A stretch of 64,000 nucleotides of DNA from Guillardia theta CCMP2712 (taxonomy: Eukaryota; Protista; Cryptophyta): assembly GCF_000315625.1 (NCBI RefSeq), contig NW_005434624.1, positions 121,677-185,676 on the forward strand, given 5' to 3'. Under the pieces are notes generated by a model, which was not told the origin of the DNA, did no database searches, and was given only the letters and a program-made list of their open reading frames with translations. Below, piece after piece: positions 1-11,904 of the stretch. How positions within the stretch are numbered: position 1 is the stretch's first letter; each line of letters starts with the position of its first letter. Made by a program: the position numbers and the translations under genes.

Positions 1-290
1 TGGGGAGAGCAGACTCGTTCCCGTAGTAAGTTTCAAATTGTTGAGCTAGAAACCGTGTGAGGGCGAAAGCAAACAGCCGTCCCCGGATGCGTTCTCGTGC
101 GCCATCCACCTCACCGCCAACGCCATGTCAAGCTTCTTCTCCAGATTGGCCGCCCTTTCCGACTCAAAGAAGGCCGAACGCTAAAATGAAACAAAACCCA
201 TCCCTACTCCCCCTGCCCCCCCCCTTCCCCCTCCCTTCTCTCTTTTCCTCGCTTCCACGCGCTCCCTCTTCCCATCTCCCTCCCTCTCTC

Positions 291-3200
291 TCACCTCGTC
301 AGCGGGCGATCCTTCCTGAAGTCATTCAGATGGTCCTCAAGGTTCGCCAGCGACACTTCCTCTGCTCCTGCTGGCTCATACAGGTAGAGGCTCAGCCTCA
401 TCGTCCTCAGCACCTCGAACAGCGTCTGCTCATCCGCCGACCGGTTCTTGCAGATCGAGAGGATGTCTCTCCCGATGGGCAGGCGTTCTGGTTGGCTCTC
501 CTCCCCCTCCTCCTCTGCATCGTCGAAGGAGACCATGAGCGACAGGTTTCCTTCCTGCGATATCACCCCCATGTGCGACTTGAAGTCTGCGGTCAGCGAC
601 TCGAAGCTCTTCCTCAGCGCGTGGTGTGCAGAAACCTTGCTCGTCCTCGCCCTCGCCTCCTCCCTGTCGCTGTAGAGGTCGCTGTCGTAGTTCCCCCAGT
701 ACAGCCCGTCCGCAGTCTGCATGGCGTACAGGCAGCTCCTGACCGCCGGCTCCAGCACCTTGTGGATGTAGACGTGACGGTTCCTGTCGCGGAAAGCGGA
801 CTTGGCAAGGATATGGATCTGCTGCACGTGCACGCACATCTCCTTGACAGTCGCCTGGTTCTCCTTCTTGACCCGATGGGTCGCGACGCTCTTGGGGACG
901 GCGAAGTAGAGCTCGAGGAAGGGGAGGAGGCCGCGCGAGAGGTACTGCAGGACGTGAAAGATGCTCTCCTGGTCCTCCAGATCGCTGGCGGAGAAGATGC
1001 CGAGGAGGCTGATAGAGGAGCGGAGGTCTTGAACGATGCTCTCCATCAGAGAGGTCCTGGCAGTGCTGAGCTTGACAAACAGGCCGCTGCTGTCGGAGTG
1101 CAGCTCCTGCCAAAGTTTCTCCACGTCAGTCTTGAGGTAGACCCAGGTGAGGAAGCGAAGGTGCGCAGCCTTGCTCTTGGACACGCTGATGATCCGTCCC
1201 TTGCGCGTGAAGGTGTTGTCAAGGTCCCTCGCCGCGATCATCTCCACCAGCTGCGGGACTGTCATCAGGCTGCACGCATGGATCTGCGGGCTAGGATTCT
1301 TGCCCTCGCAGAGAGAGGTGATGAGCTCTAGAGACTCTAGGTAGACGACCTCCGCCTCGTCCTCCTCCAACAAGATGGAGGAAGAGAGCTGGTGCACGGA
1401 GGTGGACAGAGCAGTCTGGTCGACCTGCCAGGTCGGTTCGAAGTCCTGGAGGGCGTGGAGGACAGGGAAGTCCTGCGACTGCAGGAGGCGGTTGATGAGG
1501 TGCTGGTTCTCCTTCCATGGGACCCCCTGGCAGGTGCAGAGGGAGCGGAGCAGCAGCATCCAGTCAGGAGGAAGCATCCTGTAGCGGGCGATCAGGTCGG
1601 AGAACACGCGCTCAATCCACTGCTTGCTCCTCTCCATCATCAGCCAGTAGTGGTTGCCCACCATCGACGCCAGCAACTCCCCAGCTGGGACGTCCTCGAT
1701 GCTCATGTAGCTCCAGATCAGGCCAGCCCTCTTGCTCATCCGCTCCTGCAGGCTCGGGTCGTTCCGGCACAAGTTGCCGAGCAGGTTGAGGCTGAGCAGG
1801 ACCACTTCCTTCAGCGATTCGTCCTTGATCCGGTCCAGCTGACCTCCACCTGACTTGGTGGTCTTGGTGAGGGGCAGCTCGAGGAACTCGAGGAGCAGCG
1901 CGTCAGCCTCGATGCTCGAGAAGATGCGCTTGCAGTCGTACTCGAGGTCGACGCTGTAGGCGAGGAGGTGGGCGTTCTTGAGGGGGGCGTTCCAGCGCTT
2001 GAGGATGCTGATGAACTCATCGCAGACCCTCCTCTCCTCGTCCTGCGTGTTCCTGCCAGACACGGAAGAGAACTCGTGAAGGGAGTTGGAGATCTCGCTC
2101 AGCCTGGCGTACTCCTTCTTAATGTTGAAGTATCTCACGGCCACCTGGGGGTCGCAGATGAGGTGAACAGAGGAGAGATGATGGAAGAAGGAGGAGAACT
2201 GGCTGTACATCTTGACCAGGATCATGAACGCCTTCTCCTTGATCGCAGGCGCCCTCACCCGCATCAGGTTGAACAGCGCGTGCACGACGTCCGTCCTCGA
2301 CCTGCATGTCATCCAGTCCAGCTTGCTAAAGCTGAAGTCCTGCAAGATGATTTCGTCCTCGCTGATCTCCTTGAAGAACTCCTTCGTCTCCTCCCCGATC
2401 CACGGCGGCTCCTTGCTCCACAGCCCCTCGTCGAGCATGTACCTCCCGATCCCCAGCGAGCTTGTTAGCGACTCTCCCTTCCTCTGACTGAAGCTCATCA
2501 CCTCCCCGTTGGACTCCTTCCCGCTCCTCCCGCTTCTCGTGCTGGGCGCGGGGGTGTGCATCGTCGCCACCTCCTGCATGATCTCGTCCCACGAGCTGCA
2601 GCCCAGGGAGTGGGTGAGGCTCCGCTCCCAGAACTCTACGAACTTGATGACTTTGATGTTGACCTCGTGCTCCACGATGTCCTGCAGCAAGGCCAGCACA
2701 CAGAGCATCTTTCTCGTCCATGCCTTGCTGAACTTGACCTGCTGCTTGTCTGCCCTCTTGGGGACCTGCCCGAACGACACGTCCTCCTTTCTCAGCCTCT
2801 CCCCCACAGTCGTCGGAGTACCGATGCCGGACTCCTGCTGCTCGTTAGTCTCCCTCGTTCGAGAGGACCGAGTATCGCTGTCAACCCGCACGAACACATC
2901 CCCGTCTCGCCCTCTCCCGTCTCCCGCCCTGATCACCGACAGGAGCGCGGAGGCGATCGGTTTGATCTCCACACAGTTGAGCTGCTCCTGGCGGTCATGG
3001 TAGAACCCGAGCTCGAGCAGCTTCGAGATGGCCTTGAGGATGCTGACCAGGAAGTACTCCTCGTGATCGTTGCTCTTCCCCGACACCGCCGAGGTCGACA
3101 GCTCCTCCGCCAGGCACGACTTGAACTCGTCGAGCATGGTCTTGGGCAGGGCCCCTCCCGTGTCCCCCCCCCTCAGGAAGCGCTCGTAGTCTGCGGGCTT

Positions 3201-5741
3201 GCTAGGGGACCACACGCGGGTTGTGGTGATCCTAGGGATGTAGTGATGAGGGTTCTGGTCCACGTAGAGCGCAACGAAGAGGGAGCAGCATGCGGCGCGG
3301 TAGGAGAAGGGCATGGTGCTGTTGTTGACGATGAGGAGGAGCTGGCGGGGCTCGACCCCGAACCTCTCGGCAGATGCGAGGAAGATCTTGAGAACGCTTT
3401 CGTTCCTCCCCTCCACCAGCGTCTCCATCAGCTTCAGCACCCGCAGGTGGTAGCAGAACTGCTGGGCCCCCCTGCTGCTCCCCGAGCTCCACTCCGCGTT
3501 CCCGGCAGCGAAGATGTTGGACTCTCCCTTCCTCATCAGCATCCTGAGCGAGACAGAGCCCGCAGTGCTGGTGAGATGTATGTCGTTGCCTGTCATCTCA
3601 GTCTGGAAAACGAGCTCCGGGGCGTCCACGAAGATCATCTGCGCCCAGCGATTCTGGTTGCGGGGGATGGGGACGCCGGCGCAGGAGCAGGTCTCCATGA
3701 TGAGGTTGACGGTCACGGAGTTGCGCACCTTCTTCAGCAGCTTCACCTGCTCCTCGAACACCTCGTCCTCTAGGTTCTCCAGCAGCTCCCTGCTGTTGCT
3801 GTACACCTGCACCAGCGCCGTGAAAGACCCGACGTCGGCTGGGAGGTGCCTGGACATCTGCGGGACGAAGCTAAGCATGACGGACTTGTTCCTCTGATTC
3901 CGGTTGCAGACCGAGTCCACCATGCCGTATAGCCGCCGCATCAGAGCATGCGCTGTTGGATGCTCGGAGGCGAGGGAGGTCAGGGTGACGTCGAAGTTGA
4001 GCACCGACTCGTCGAGGATCGACATGACCACGTTGAGTATCCCGATCTCCCGGATGATGTCTTGGTACTCCTGCGTCGTCTTCTCCGACCCCGCAAACTC
4101 CTCCTCGAACTTGCACAGCGTGTTCACTATGCTCACTGCGATCTCCAGCTCCTTCTTGAACTCCTCCATGATGCTGTCCAGGCTCGCGCTGCGACAGATG
4201 ACCTCTTCCACCTGCCCCTCCGCCGCCTCCTCCCCCTGCCCCTCCGCCGCCTCCTCCTGCTGCCGCTGCTGCCGCATCTGCAGCTGGAACTGCCTCTCGT
4301 TGAGCTCCCTCGTCGCTCTCTGCAGCGACAGCAGGCAGGTCTTGAAGATCGAGTTGCACAACATCAGTTTCTCCACCGTCTCCGACTTCTCCCTGGTGAT
4401 TGACTTCACCTCAAGCACGTCTTCGTCTCCCGGCGACTCCCCTTGCTGTGTGCAGACTGCGTTGGGCTCCCCTCCCTTCCCCTTCATCACCGACTTCTTC
4501 TGCAGCGACAGCCATGAGACTGTATCACGATTCTCGTGTACGTTCTGCAGCCAAACGACGTCCCCGTCAGCCAGCTCGTCGTCCCCCGACGCTCGCTGCC
4601 ATGGCCTCACAGTCCACAGCGCCTTCGGGCTCGCGTACTTGACCGTCAGCGACACAAACTTCTTCTCGCACGTCAGGTACTGGCCTGTCAGCACGTGCTG
4701 CACCAGCACCAGCTGCCCGGACAGGCTGATTTCCTTCCCACAGAAGTCCGTGGTCTTGGGCTGGATCCTCCACAGGGAGGAAGGGATGGTAAAATCGCTA
4801 CTTCCCTCAGCCCCTTTCTTCCTGTAACACCACTCCACCCGGTTCGTGGCCGCGTTCACTCCAAGGTAAGAACCGTCCCTCCTCCTGTAGAAGCACACGA
4901 CGTCGAGCCCGGACACTTGAGCTGTGGCCTCCTCGTTCTCTACCTCCTCTTCATCCTCCGCCAAGGTGGTCTGGAACGTCCTGTAGGGCCGCACCTGGAA
5001 GTTGGAGGGGTAGGCGGTCGCGTTTACCTCCAGCCTGCACTCACAGGAGGGGTGTAGCGTGCTGGAGCCATGGTCCTTCGTCTGCAACGCCTCTTCTGTG
5101 TAGACGGAGACGGACGAGTCGTAGAACCTCACACTCTCAAGGTAAACCCTGTCCCCCAGAATCACCTGCTCTCCATCTACCTTGATCCCATCGGCCGACT
5201 TGATCCTCCACCAAGAGCCCTTCTTGCCCGCATTCAGGCACACCTCCATGGCCAGCCTGTTCAGGTATGCTCGGTTCCTGACCTGCGTAAGAAACAAGTT
5301 GCTCTTTGAGTGCTTCAGCTGGATTACGCTCCCGTACAGCACGTCCAACCCGGACTGCCGCGCACAGTCGAGCTCGTTGATCGCGGCCTCGTCCTCCAGC
5401 GCCTCGAACGATTCTATGAGAGCCGCATGCTCCTCCTCCTCCGGGTCCAGCTTGACTTTCCAGTTGTCAATGTCTACATTCGTCAACCCGGTAAACCTCA
5501 GGTGCTTCTCGCACGCCTTGAACGCCGAGTACTGGTACCGCGGCGTCACCTTGAACACGCAGTGCTGTATGTTATGAACAGTCTTGGAGGGGTCATACTC
5601 TGCCTTGACGCGGTCGATGTAGCAATGCTTCGATATGATGGCCTCCCCATGCAGGAACCCCCCGGCGTCCGAGCAGGCCAGAAGGATTTCATCGCCGAAC
5701 TTGAGCGTGGCCGACATGGCTTCCTTCTGCTTCGAAGCCAT
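291..5741 (-). CDS. ITPR: Inositol 1,4,5-trisphosphate/ryanodine receptor-like Ca2+ channel, N-terminal ~1815 aa (single large exon; gene continues past the left edge)
   Basis: 1816-aa ORF with the IP3R N-terminal pattern (LKFGDEILL..GFL), MIR-like repeats (VLYGSVIQLKHSKSNLFLT; GSWWRIKS..GEQVILGDRVYLESV; VLVQHVLTGQYL) and RIH-like segments (QDIIREIGILNVVMSIL; NQRNK; LCRNDPSLQE; SLCEGKN). It ends at a GTGA donor followed by a purine-rich intron; the TM pore is not in the window. Confidence 0.85.
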   Translation of the reverse strand: MASKQKEAMSATLKFGDEILLACSDAGGFLHGEAIISKHCYIDRVKAEYDPSKTVHNIQHCVFKVTPRYQYSAFKACEKHLRFTGLTNVDIDNWKVKLDPEEEEHAALIESFEALEDEAAINELDCARQSGLDVLYGSVIQLKHSKSNLFLTQVRNRAYLNRLAMEVCLNAGKKGSWWRIKSADGIKVDGEQVILGDRVYLESVRFYDSSVSVYTEEALQTKDHGSSTLHPSCECRLEVNATAYPSNFQVRPYRTFQTTLAEDEEEVENEEATAQVSGLDVVCFYRRRDGSYLGVNAATNRVEWCYRKKGAEGSSDFTIPSSLWRIQPKTTDFCGKEISLSGQLVLVQHVLTGQYLTCEKKFVSLTVKYASPKALWTVRPWQRASGDDELADGDVVWLQNVHENRDTVSWLSLQKKSVMKGKGGEPNAVCTQQGESPGDEDVLEVKSITREKSETVEKLMLCNSIFKTCLLSLQRATRELNERQFQLQMRQQRQQEEAAEGQGEEAAEGQVEEVICRSASLDSIMEEFKKELEIAVSIVNTLCKFEEEFAGSEKTTQEYQDIIREIGILNVVMSILDESVLNFDVTLTSLASEHPTAHALMRRLYGMVDSVCNRNQRNKSVMLSFVPQMSRHLPADVGSFTALVQVYSNSRELLENLEDEVFEEQVKLLKKVRNSVTVNLIMETCSCAGVPIPRNQNRWAQMIFVDAPELVFQTEMTGNDIHLTSTAGSVSLRMLMRKGESNIFAAGNAEWSSGSSRGAQQFCYHLRVLKLMETLVEGRNESVLKIFLASAERFGVEPRQLLLIVNNSTMPFSYRAACCSLFVALYVDQNPHHYIPRITTTRVWSPSKPADYERFLRGGDTGGALPKTMLDEFKSCLAEELSTSAVSGKSNDHEEYFLVSILKAISKLLELGFYHDRQEQLNCVEIKPIASALLSVIRAGDGRGRDGDVFVRVDSDTRSSRTRETNEQQESGIGTPTTVGERLRKEDVSFGQVPKRADKQQVKFSKAWTRKMLCVLALLQDIVEHEVNIKVIKFVEFWERSLTHSLGCSSWDEIMQEVATMHTPAPSTRSGRSGKESNGEVMSFSQRKGESLTSSLGIGRYMLDEGLWSKEPPWIGEETKEFFKEISEDEIILQDFSFSKLDWMTCRSRTDVVHALFNLMRVRAPAIKEKAFMILVKMYSQFSSFFHHLSSVHLICDPQVAVRYFNIKKEYARLSEISNSLHEFSSVSGRNTQDEERRVCDEFISILKRWNAPLKNAHLLAYSVDLEYDCKRIFSSIEADALLLEFLELPLTKTTKSGGGQLDRIKDESLKEVVLLSLNLLGNLCRNDPSLQERMSKRAGLIWSYMSIEDVPAGELLASMVGNHYWLMMERSKQWIERVFSDLIARYRMLPPDWMLLLRSLCTCQGVPWKENQHLINRLLQSQDFPVLHALQDFEPTWQVDQTALSTSVHQLSSSILLEEDEAEVVYLESLELITSLCEGKNPSPQIHACSLMTVPQLVEMIAARDLDNTFTRKGRIISVSKSKAAHLRFLTWVYLKTDVEKLWQELHSDSSGLFVKLSTARTSLMESIVQDLRSSISLLGIFSASDLEDQESIFHVLQYLSRGLLPFLELYFAVPKSVATHRVKKENQATVKEMCVHVQQIHILAKSAFRDRNRHVYIHKVLEPAVRSCLYAMQTADGLYWGNYDSDLYSDREEARARTSKVSAHHALRKSFESLTADFKSHMGVISQEGNLSLMVSFDDAEEEGEESQPERLPIGRDILSICKNRSADEQTLFEVLRTMRLSLYLYEPAGAEEVSLANLEDHLNDFRKDRPLTR

Positions 5742-6769
5742 CGGATTGTCTTACTTGCGATCAGCGACTAGGGCGAAGCATGCGCCCCAACACTCGTGAT
5801 CCTTCACCAACTGTGAAAACAAAACATGTGAATAACTTGATTTCTCGGAACCCAACTATCGATGAACAGAGGTGTGCCCTTCATCGGTCAAACAGTGGGC
5901 CGGAAATAAGTCACAATAGTACCAGATGATAGAGCATAGGAGCAGGAGAGTTCTTTCTATGGGACAAGGGACACACGTCTTGATTCATGCTCACGAATTC
6001 AAATTCTACGAAGTGGACTTCTGTTTTGAGGGACAGGGACCCTTCTACGATAAGCCATGGAGACTATCATAGAAGAGAGGAGAGCAGGTCAGAAATGGTG
6101 AGAGCATGGAGTCCCGGAGGAGATAACAAAGAACGCCATAGAATTGGTCGGTCAGAATGGAAGGGACTAGCAAAGGGCGAGCAAAGAGAGGAGGGAGTAA
6201 AAGCAAACTGCACTAGGATTGAGGCAAGAGGAAAGACCGCACATGAGCATGAAGCTGGATGAAAGGAGAAGGAAAGGAGAGATACGGGCTGGGGAATGGT
6301 GAAGCGAGGAAGACAAGCAACGGTGGGGAAGGGGAACCAAAGGAGAAATTCGATCACAAGAAAGGGGGCCAGGAGGAGGTAGAAGCAACGGAAGAGAGAT
6401 TGGAAACAGAGAAAGAGGGGAAGAGATGGGTGACAGGAAGGTAGGTAGGTAGGTAGGGAGGGAGGGAGGGAGGAGAGGCGTGTAGCAAGGGGCCATCGGT
6501 AAGCTGATTTTTCCTGGCGTGCATAGCAGGAGCGGGGTTGGCCTGCGCTCTGGTCACGGCTATTTCACGGCTATCCAACTACCCGTCCTTTTTAAAGTGT
6601 CTATGTGTGGTGGGGGTGGCTTCCTGTTACAGTTATTAGTATTTCGAAATAGATTCTTTTCGAGATCATAAAGTCATCATTGGCTAAAAATATCCTTTCG
6701 AATTCGATTTCTGGTACGAAGGTCAAATGGTCAAATGTTGAAAGATAGTTATTTCTCATCGTTTGAGAA

Positions 6770-7440
6770 TGCCCCTGGTACCCCATCTGTACATTCAAAT
6801 TATTAAAAACCTACCCACTCTTTCAGACCCAAGTACCCACCTTTTTGAGCACCTCAGGATAATCGCAGTCATGACTACCCTCGTCAGTTATTCCCCCACT
6901 ATTACTCCACTTTTGGGGGGTCTTACCGTCCAGGGTTATGAAATAATCAGGAGGGGTGAAGTTATCAACATGATATCAGGACGGGTACACAAGACAAGCA
7001 GGGGGTATAAGTGGTTACCGGTACTGAAATTTTTGGTAGAAAGGAGGGGTGTAGCTTACAGGGTAAGGACAAGCACACGGGACCTGTTCCTGGCTATTAC
7101 ACAACCCTGCTTCGATAGGGGGTGGGGTACATTACTCAGGGATGGGGGTAGTATAGAGTCAATCTCAGTGGGTAGGGGTGGTATACTGGTCACTCCCAAG
7201 GGGTAGTACATTGGTCGTACCCTTGAACCCCTGTGAATTGAAGTAAGAGCAGAAAGGGGTACTTTTTGTGCTGAATAGAGGGGGTAGTGAGGATTTGAAC
7301 GCGTCGAAGGGTGGGGGTAAAGGAGTTAAAAGTTTTTAGATGATGAGGGGGAGGGGGTAGGTGGGGTGGTTCTTCCGGGGTGGTCCCTGCGGAGGGTTAT
7401 GAGGGCCGACTCTAAAGGGTGATCGGTCGTTTTGAGTAAT
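6770..7440. promoter_or_regulatory. TACCC/GGGGTA-rich field in the divergent ITPR/RAD51 intergenic region
   Basis: Many GGGGT(A/G) and GTAC words; C-rich part first, then G-rich. The regulatory role is inferred from position only. Confidence 0.4.
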
Positions 7441-8351
7441 AATTTCCTGGTAGGCTGAAAAGGCGGGGAAAGTGGAATAAAGGAAAGGATGGGGAAGAGG
7501 TTAAAAAAACAAATATTTTTATTGTCTTGCCTCAATTATGTTTTCATTTTTCAAGATTAATGGACAAGTTTGAAATATAAATTCATAAAAGTGATATTTG
7601 TTTTTAGTGATCGTCACATTCAAATTTCCCTCCCTGCTCCGACGCTCAAACCTCCGTATCCCCCTTGCCTTCATGTCTGGCTCTTCATCCCTCCCCTTCC
7701 TCCTCCCCTCCTCCCCTCCTCCCCTCCTCCTCCAGTTTCTCTCTCTCCTATCCTCCATACTATCGCCTTCCTCTCGTCTTCATCTGTGACTTCCCACCCT
7801 CCAGCACTTGCAACCTCTCCTGCCTGTACTCCTGAACTGCAGGCACCTCTATTGATTACCTTTCTCAGCCATGGGAGCGCCTTTCTACTGCCTTGATTGA
7901 TTTTGTCCCGCAAGCAGGACTATTCCTTGCATATATCGATGTTCTGCCGTGATGATCTTCGCTGCTCATTTCCTTGATGCTCCTTTCCCGCGCATGTGCC
8001 CTTGGTGCAGCAAAGTGCTAAACATTGATGAGGAGGTTTCAGAGAGCGAGAAAGCACTGGACAGGAATAAATATTTCTTAGAATTGGAATAGATCATGGG
8101 AAACTGGTTTTTGTTGAGAAGATCTTAGAGCAAATACACGTTGTGAATTTGTCCTCAATACACTTTCCGAACACAGACACAAGGATTCAACGATTATGTG
8201 ATGTGTAGGCTGTACAGTCAAATGAGCCATCGCGATGACATTTAGATACATGAAAATTGGCAGGATAGAAGTATAGCACCAGCCAATAGACTTTACAAAT
8301 CTGAATACGCTGTCTGTTGAATAATCGGAAAAGCGCTGAGTTTGATGCAGG

Positions 8352-9618
8352 ATGGCGGTAGCTGCAGTGCACCAATCAGAACAGCAAGTTGTACAGGATC
8401 AAGTGTCTGAACAAGATTGTGGTCCCATTCCGATCGCACAGCTTGAGGTCTACTTCTATTCTTGACCTCGGCATCAGCTGAAACCTCTGCCAGGGTAGTG
8501 GAATCACGCGCAATGATCTTCAGAAGCTTGTCGACGCAGGCTACATGACGGTAGCTTAGTCCCCCCTTGACCGACACGCTCTCAATGCCCCTTGGCAGGT
8601 TGAGTCAGTCGCCTACTCGACTTCCAGTGCTCTGCTGAAGATTAAGGGTCTGGGAGAAAGCAAGGTGCAGAAAATGAAGGATGCGGCTGCGAAACTGGTT
8701 CCGATGGGCTTCACGACTGCCGCTGAATACCACAAGCAACGACAGGAGATCATTCAAATACACACGGGGAGTAAAGAGTTGGACAAGTTGCTAGGCGGCG
8801 GGTTCGAGACGGGCTCAATCACTGAGATGTTTGGAGAATTTAGAACAGGCAAGTCTTCCCTCTCCCTTTGCACATCCACCCTCTCAACTCTCTATGTGCA
8901 GGAAAGACCCAGCTATGCCATCAGCTGTGCGTCACCTGCCAGCTCCCCCTGGAGTCAGGAGGGGCGGAGGGAAAGGCTCTCTACATCGACACGGAAGGAA
9001 CCTTCCGACCTGACAGGCTCATGGCGATCGCCGAACGTTATGGTCTCAATGGCAATGACGTGCTAGACAACGTGGCGTATGCCCGAGCATACAACAGTGA
9101 ACACCAGACGCAGTTGCTGATGCAGGCTGCCGCCATGATGGCCGAATCTAGATATGCTCTTGTGATCGTGGACAGTGCCACGGCTCTGTACAGGACAGAC
9201 TATGTGGGACGAGGAGAGCTGGCAGCAAGGCAGCAGCACCTCGCACTTTTCCTGCGTGCTCTGCAGAGGATCGCCGATGAGTTTGGAGTGGCAGTAGTGG
9301 TAACCAACCAGGTGATCCTTGCCCCTCCTCCCTGCGCTATTGTGATAGGCTTGAATCAGGTTGTTGCGCAAGTTGACGGCATGTCGTTCAACCCTGACCC
9401 CAAGAAGCCGATCGGAGGGAACATCATTGCACATGCGTCAACCACCCGCTTGTGTGAGTGGAAAGAGACAGCCTTTTCTTTGCTGACTATTTACTTTAGA
9501 CCTGAAGAAAGGAAAGGGTGAAGCCCGTGTCTGCAAGATCTACGACTCGCCGAACTTGCCAGAATCGGAAGCCCAATATGCTATCCGAGAGGATGGCATC
9601 GGCGATGTGAAAGAATAG
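8352..9618 (+). CDS. RAD51: DNA repair/recombination protein RAD51 (multi-exon)
   Basis: Spliced translation [36 protein letters not shown] (Walker A), [66 protein letters not shown]. These residues match RAD51 rather than DMC1. Confidence 0.96.
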
Positions 9619-9699
9619 TTCCCACCGAGCTACTTGCTGCTGCTCTTCTGTATTGTAAAGTCTCACCCACCAGAACTCCTCTCCCCTCCTCCTCACCTT

Positions 9700-11601
9700 C
9701 TGTCGCCTGCCTGTATGGGTACAGTACGCGACTCCGTTGACATTCTTGTACCACGCGCTGCAAGCCACCTGCGTCAGACCTGTAGGCCTGCTCCAACTGA
9801 GCCTCACCCGGCGTTGAGCACAAGGCCCTGCGATGTCGGCCCCTTGAAGAGGAAGGGAACCTGGAGGATTCAATCAGTCCTCACCTGCTTCCTCCCAGCT
9901 CTCACCGTCGTCCACTCCCTGCCATCATGGAAGTCCCCACACCTCTTCACGTGGAAGTGAACGTGGGGCCTCGAGGTGAAGCCAGTCATGCCGATGAAGC
10001 CGATGACCTGCCCGTCGGTCAACAGACTTGAAGTCCGCTGACGCCTCGACCGTCACCTGCCCTCTCCTGACCTTGGCTCCCACCCGAGCCGTGACCCCGC
10101 CCTTCAGGAAATGAAGGTAGCAGCCAACGGTGTGGTCAGAGTGGAGTATTTGAACTGCAGACAAGGGTAAGTCTCAAGCGACCAGTCGAGCTCTCCTCCT
10201 CCCTCACCGAAGTTTGCTGAGCCAGAGTATTTCTTGGACGCTCCTCCTTCATCGCTGAATGCAGAGTGCCGAGGGGGTTGCGGAGTGAGGAATGGGAAAC
10301 AGAACGAGACAAGGAGGGGAGGCAAAAGAGAGGAGAGGGGAGAGGGGAGAGGAAAGCGATGGGATGGGATGGGATGGGATGGGATGGGATGGGGGAGGGG
10401 AGCAGCGGCGAGCCTCCAGAAGGGTTTGGAGTGGAAACATTGCAAGCAGAGAAGACAAAGATCAGAATTTCTGACCTGTCATTCTTGGTGGCGATCACTA
10501 TCCCCGAGCGGCACGCCCGAACCTCCAGGGCATGTCAGGACGGATGAAGACGGCCAGCGGAACCCGACCTGGTGACCCACAGGCATGTCGAAGTCAACGC
10601 TGTTGTGGAGCTGCCCCCGGTGGGAGTACTTGCCCCCTGCCAAGGTCCACGGGGTGAGCAGGGCAAGCATCAAGGGGGGGAGGGAAGGATGACCGAACGA
10701 CTGACAGACATGGCGAGCTGCTCCGTTGAAAGGGAGGGAATATCGAATGCCCTTTGACTGAACAGCATCCGGATCACCCAGCCCGAAACTCCAGCTCTCG
10801 GAGATGAACTCTGCGTCCTGGAAGCAGCTCTCTCTCATCAGCAGGTGCGCGATGGTGGAGGCGGCAAGCTACCTGCACATTCTCGATGGGAAGCGAGGCA
10901 ATGATGAAGTCGTTCACGTTGGCGGGTGCAACCTTGCGGAACGTTCCCAGGCACACTTGTGATCTGACGTCTAACACCTCCAGTTTCACGTGGATCGGGG
11001 TGTATTTGTCGTTGCTCAGCAGGAATTTGACAAGCAAGCTGCTGCTCGCCACCTTCTCGCCGGATGTGGAAGAGCAGGAAGACGATTTCGAGGAGAGGGA
11101 GCTTGACCGCCTGGATCCTGAAGCAACCTTGGTTGTTCTCTGACTTTCTGTCCTCGCCGGCAAGGGGGCAGAACACCAGGAGTACCATCGGCGCATGCTC
11201 ACATTCGACTCGTCTGAACTGTTCGAGCCGGTGAGCCCATCTGCCCGTCGTCGAGCCGGAGCTTGCTCAGCAACAGGGGCAGATGGAACTTCCATGCTGT
11301 GCCCATCCTCGCAAACCGCCTCATCAGCTCCTGAACACTCCAACTCTCCTCCTTCACTTGCTGGCTGCTCGGTGAAGTTGTGTTCCTCCTCGTCTAACGG
11401 CATGCCCCCGTCTTCAGTCTCGGATGAATGCGGAGCGCATCCTTCTTCTCGTGCCGAAGCATCGTCCCCAATGCAGTCCTCCGCGTCCGACCCTTCTTCA
11501 CTCCAAATTCCCACATCACAGCAGTCCGTGGAGTCCGAGTCGACGTCCGCCATCGCATCTTCCCCTACCTTGTCGTTTTGCAGGTACGAGGACATGTCCA
11601 T
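9700..11601 (-). CDS. Peptidase family M23 protein (bacterial type) with a long acidic N-terminal extension; multi-exon, 3' end approximate
   Basis: Joined exons read GDPDAVQSKGIRYSLPFNG..CQSFGGKYSHRGQLHNSVDFDMPVG..VIATKN..EGGASKKYSGSANF..QILHSDHTVGCYLHFLKGGVTARVGAKVRRGQVIGFIGMTGFTSRPHVHFHV..VPFLF, giving the HxxxD, YxH and HxH zinc motifs of M23. Confidence 0.8.
10359..10392. repeat. (GGGAT)n microsatellite in an M23 intron
   Basis: Direct reading of the sequence. Confidence 0.85.
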
Positions 11602-11904
11602 TGTTGAAGCTCGCCGCTCAGTCACTTCCAGTGGAAAGTGAATCTCCAAAACAAGTCCTCACGCTCCCTGCACCAACGGCCCTTACGAGCGTATCGCTAC
11701 AAGCATGATGTACAAATGACCATCCCACAAAATGTGCATTCCTGTGCTCGCCATCACGAACTGAAATCCTTTCCTTGTGAATGCTGTCTATTATCATCTG
11801 GCATGCAAAACCATGGTCCCTTCTCCTTCTCTCGGACTCACTGCTCACGCACTCGCCCATTCTCTACCTCCCTTCTCCTCCATCCTCTCTCCTCCTCACC
11901 CAGC

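Noticed and set aside
57-5771. Long plus-strand ORFs (424, 405, 307 aa etc.) antisense to ITPR
   Set aside because: Shadow ORFs caused by GC3-rich codon usage of the real minus-strand gene; no domain-like content.
8352-9618. DMC1 (meiosis-specific) assignment
   Set aside because: Diagnostic residues ([29 protein letters not shown]) are RAD51-type, so this is not evidence of a meiotic locus.
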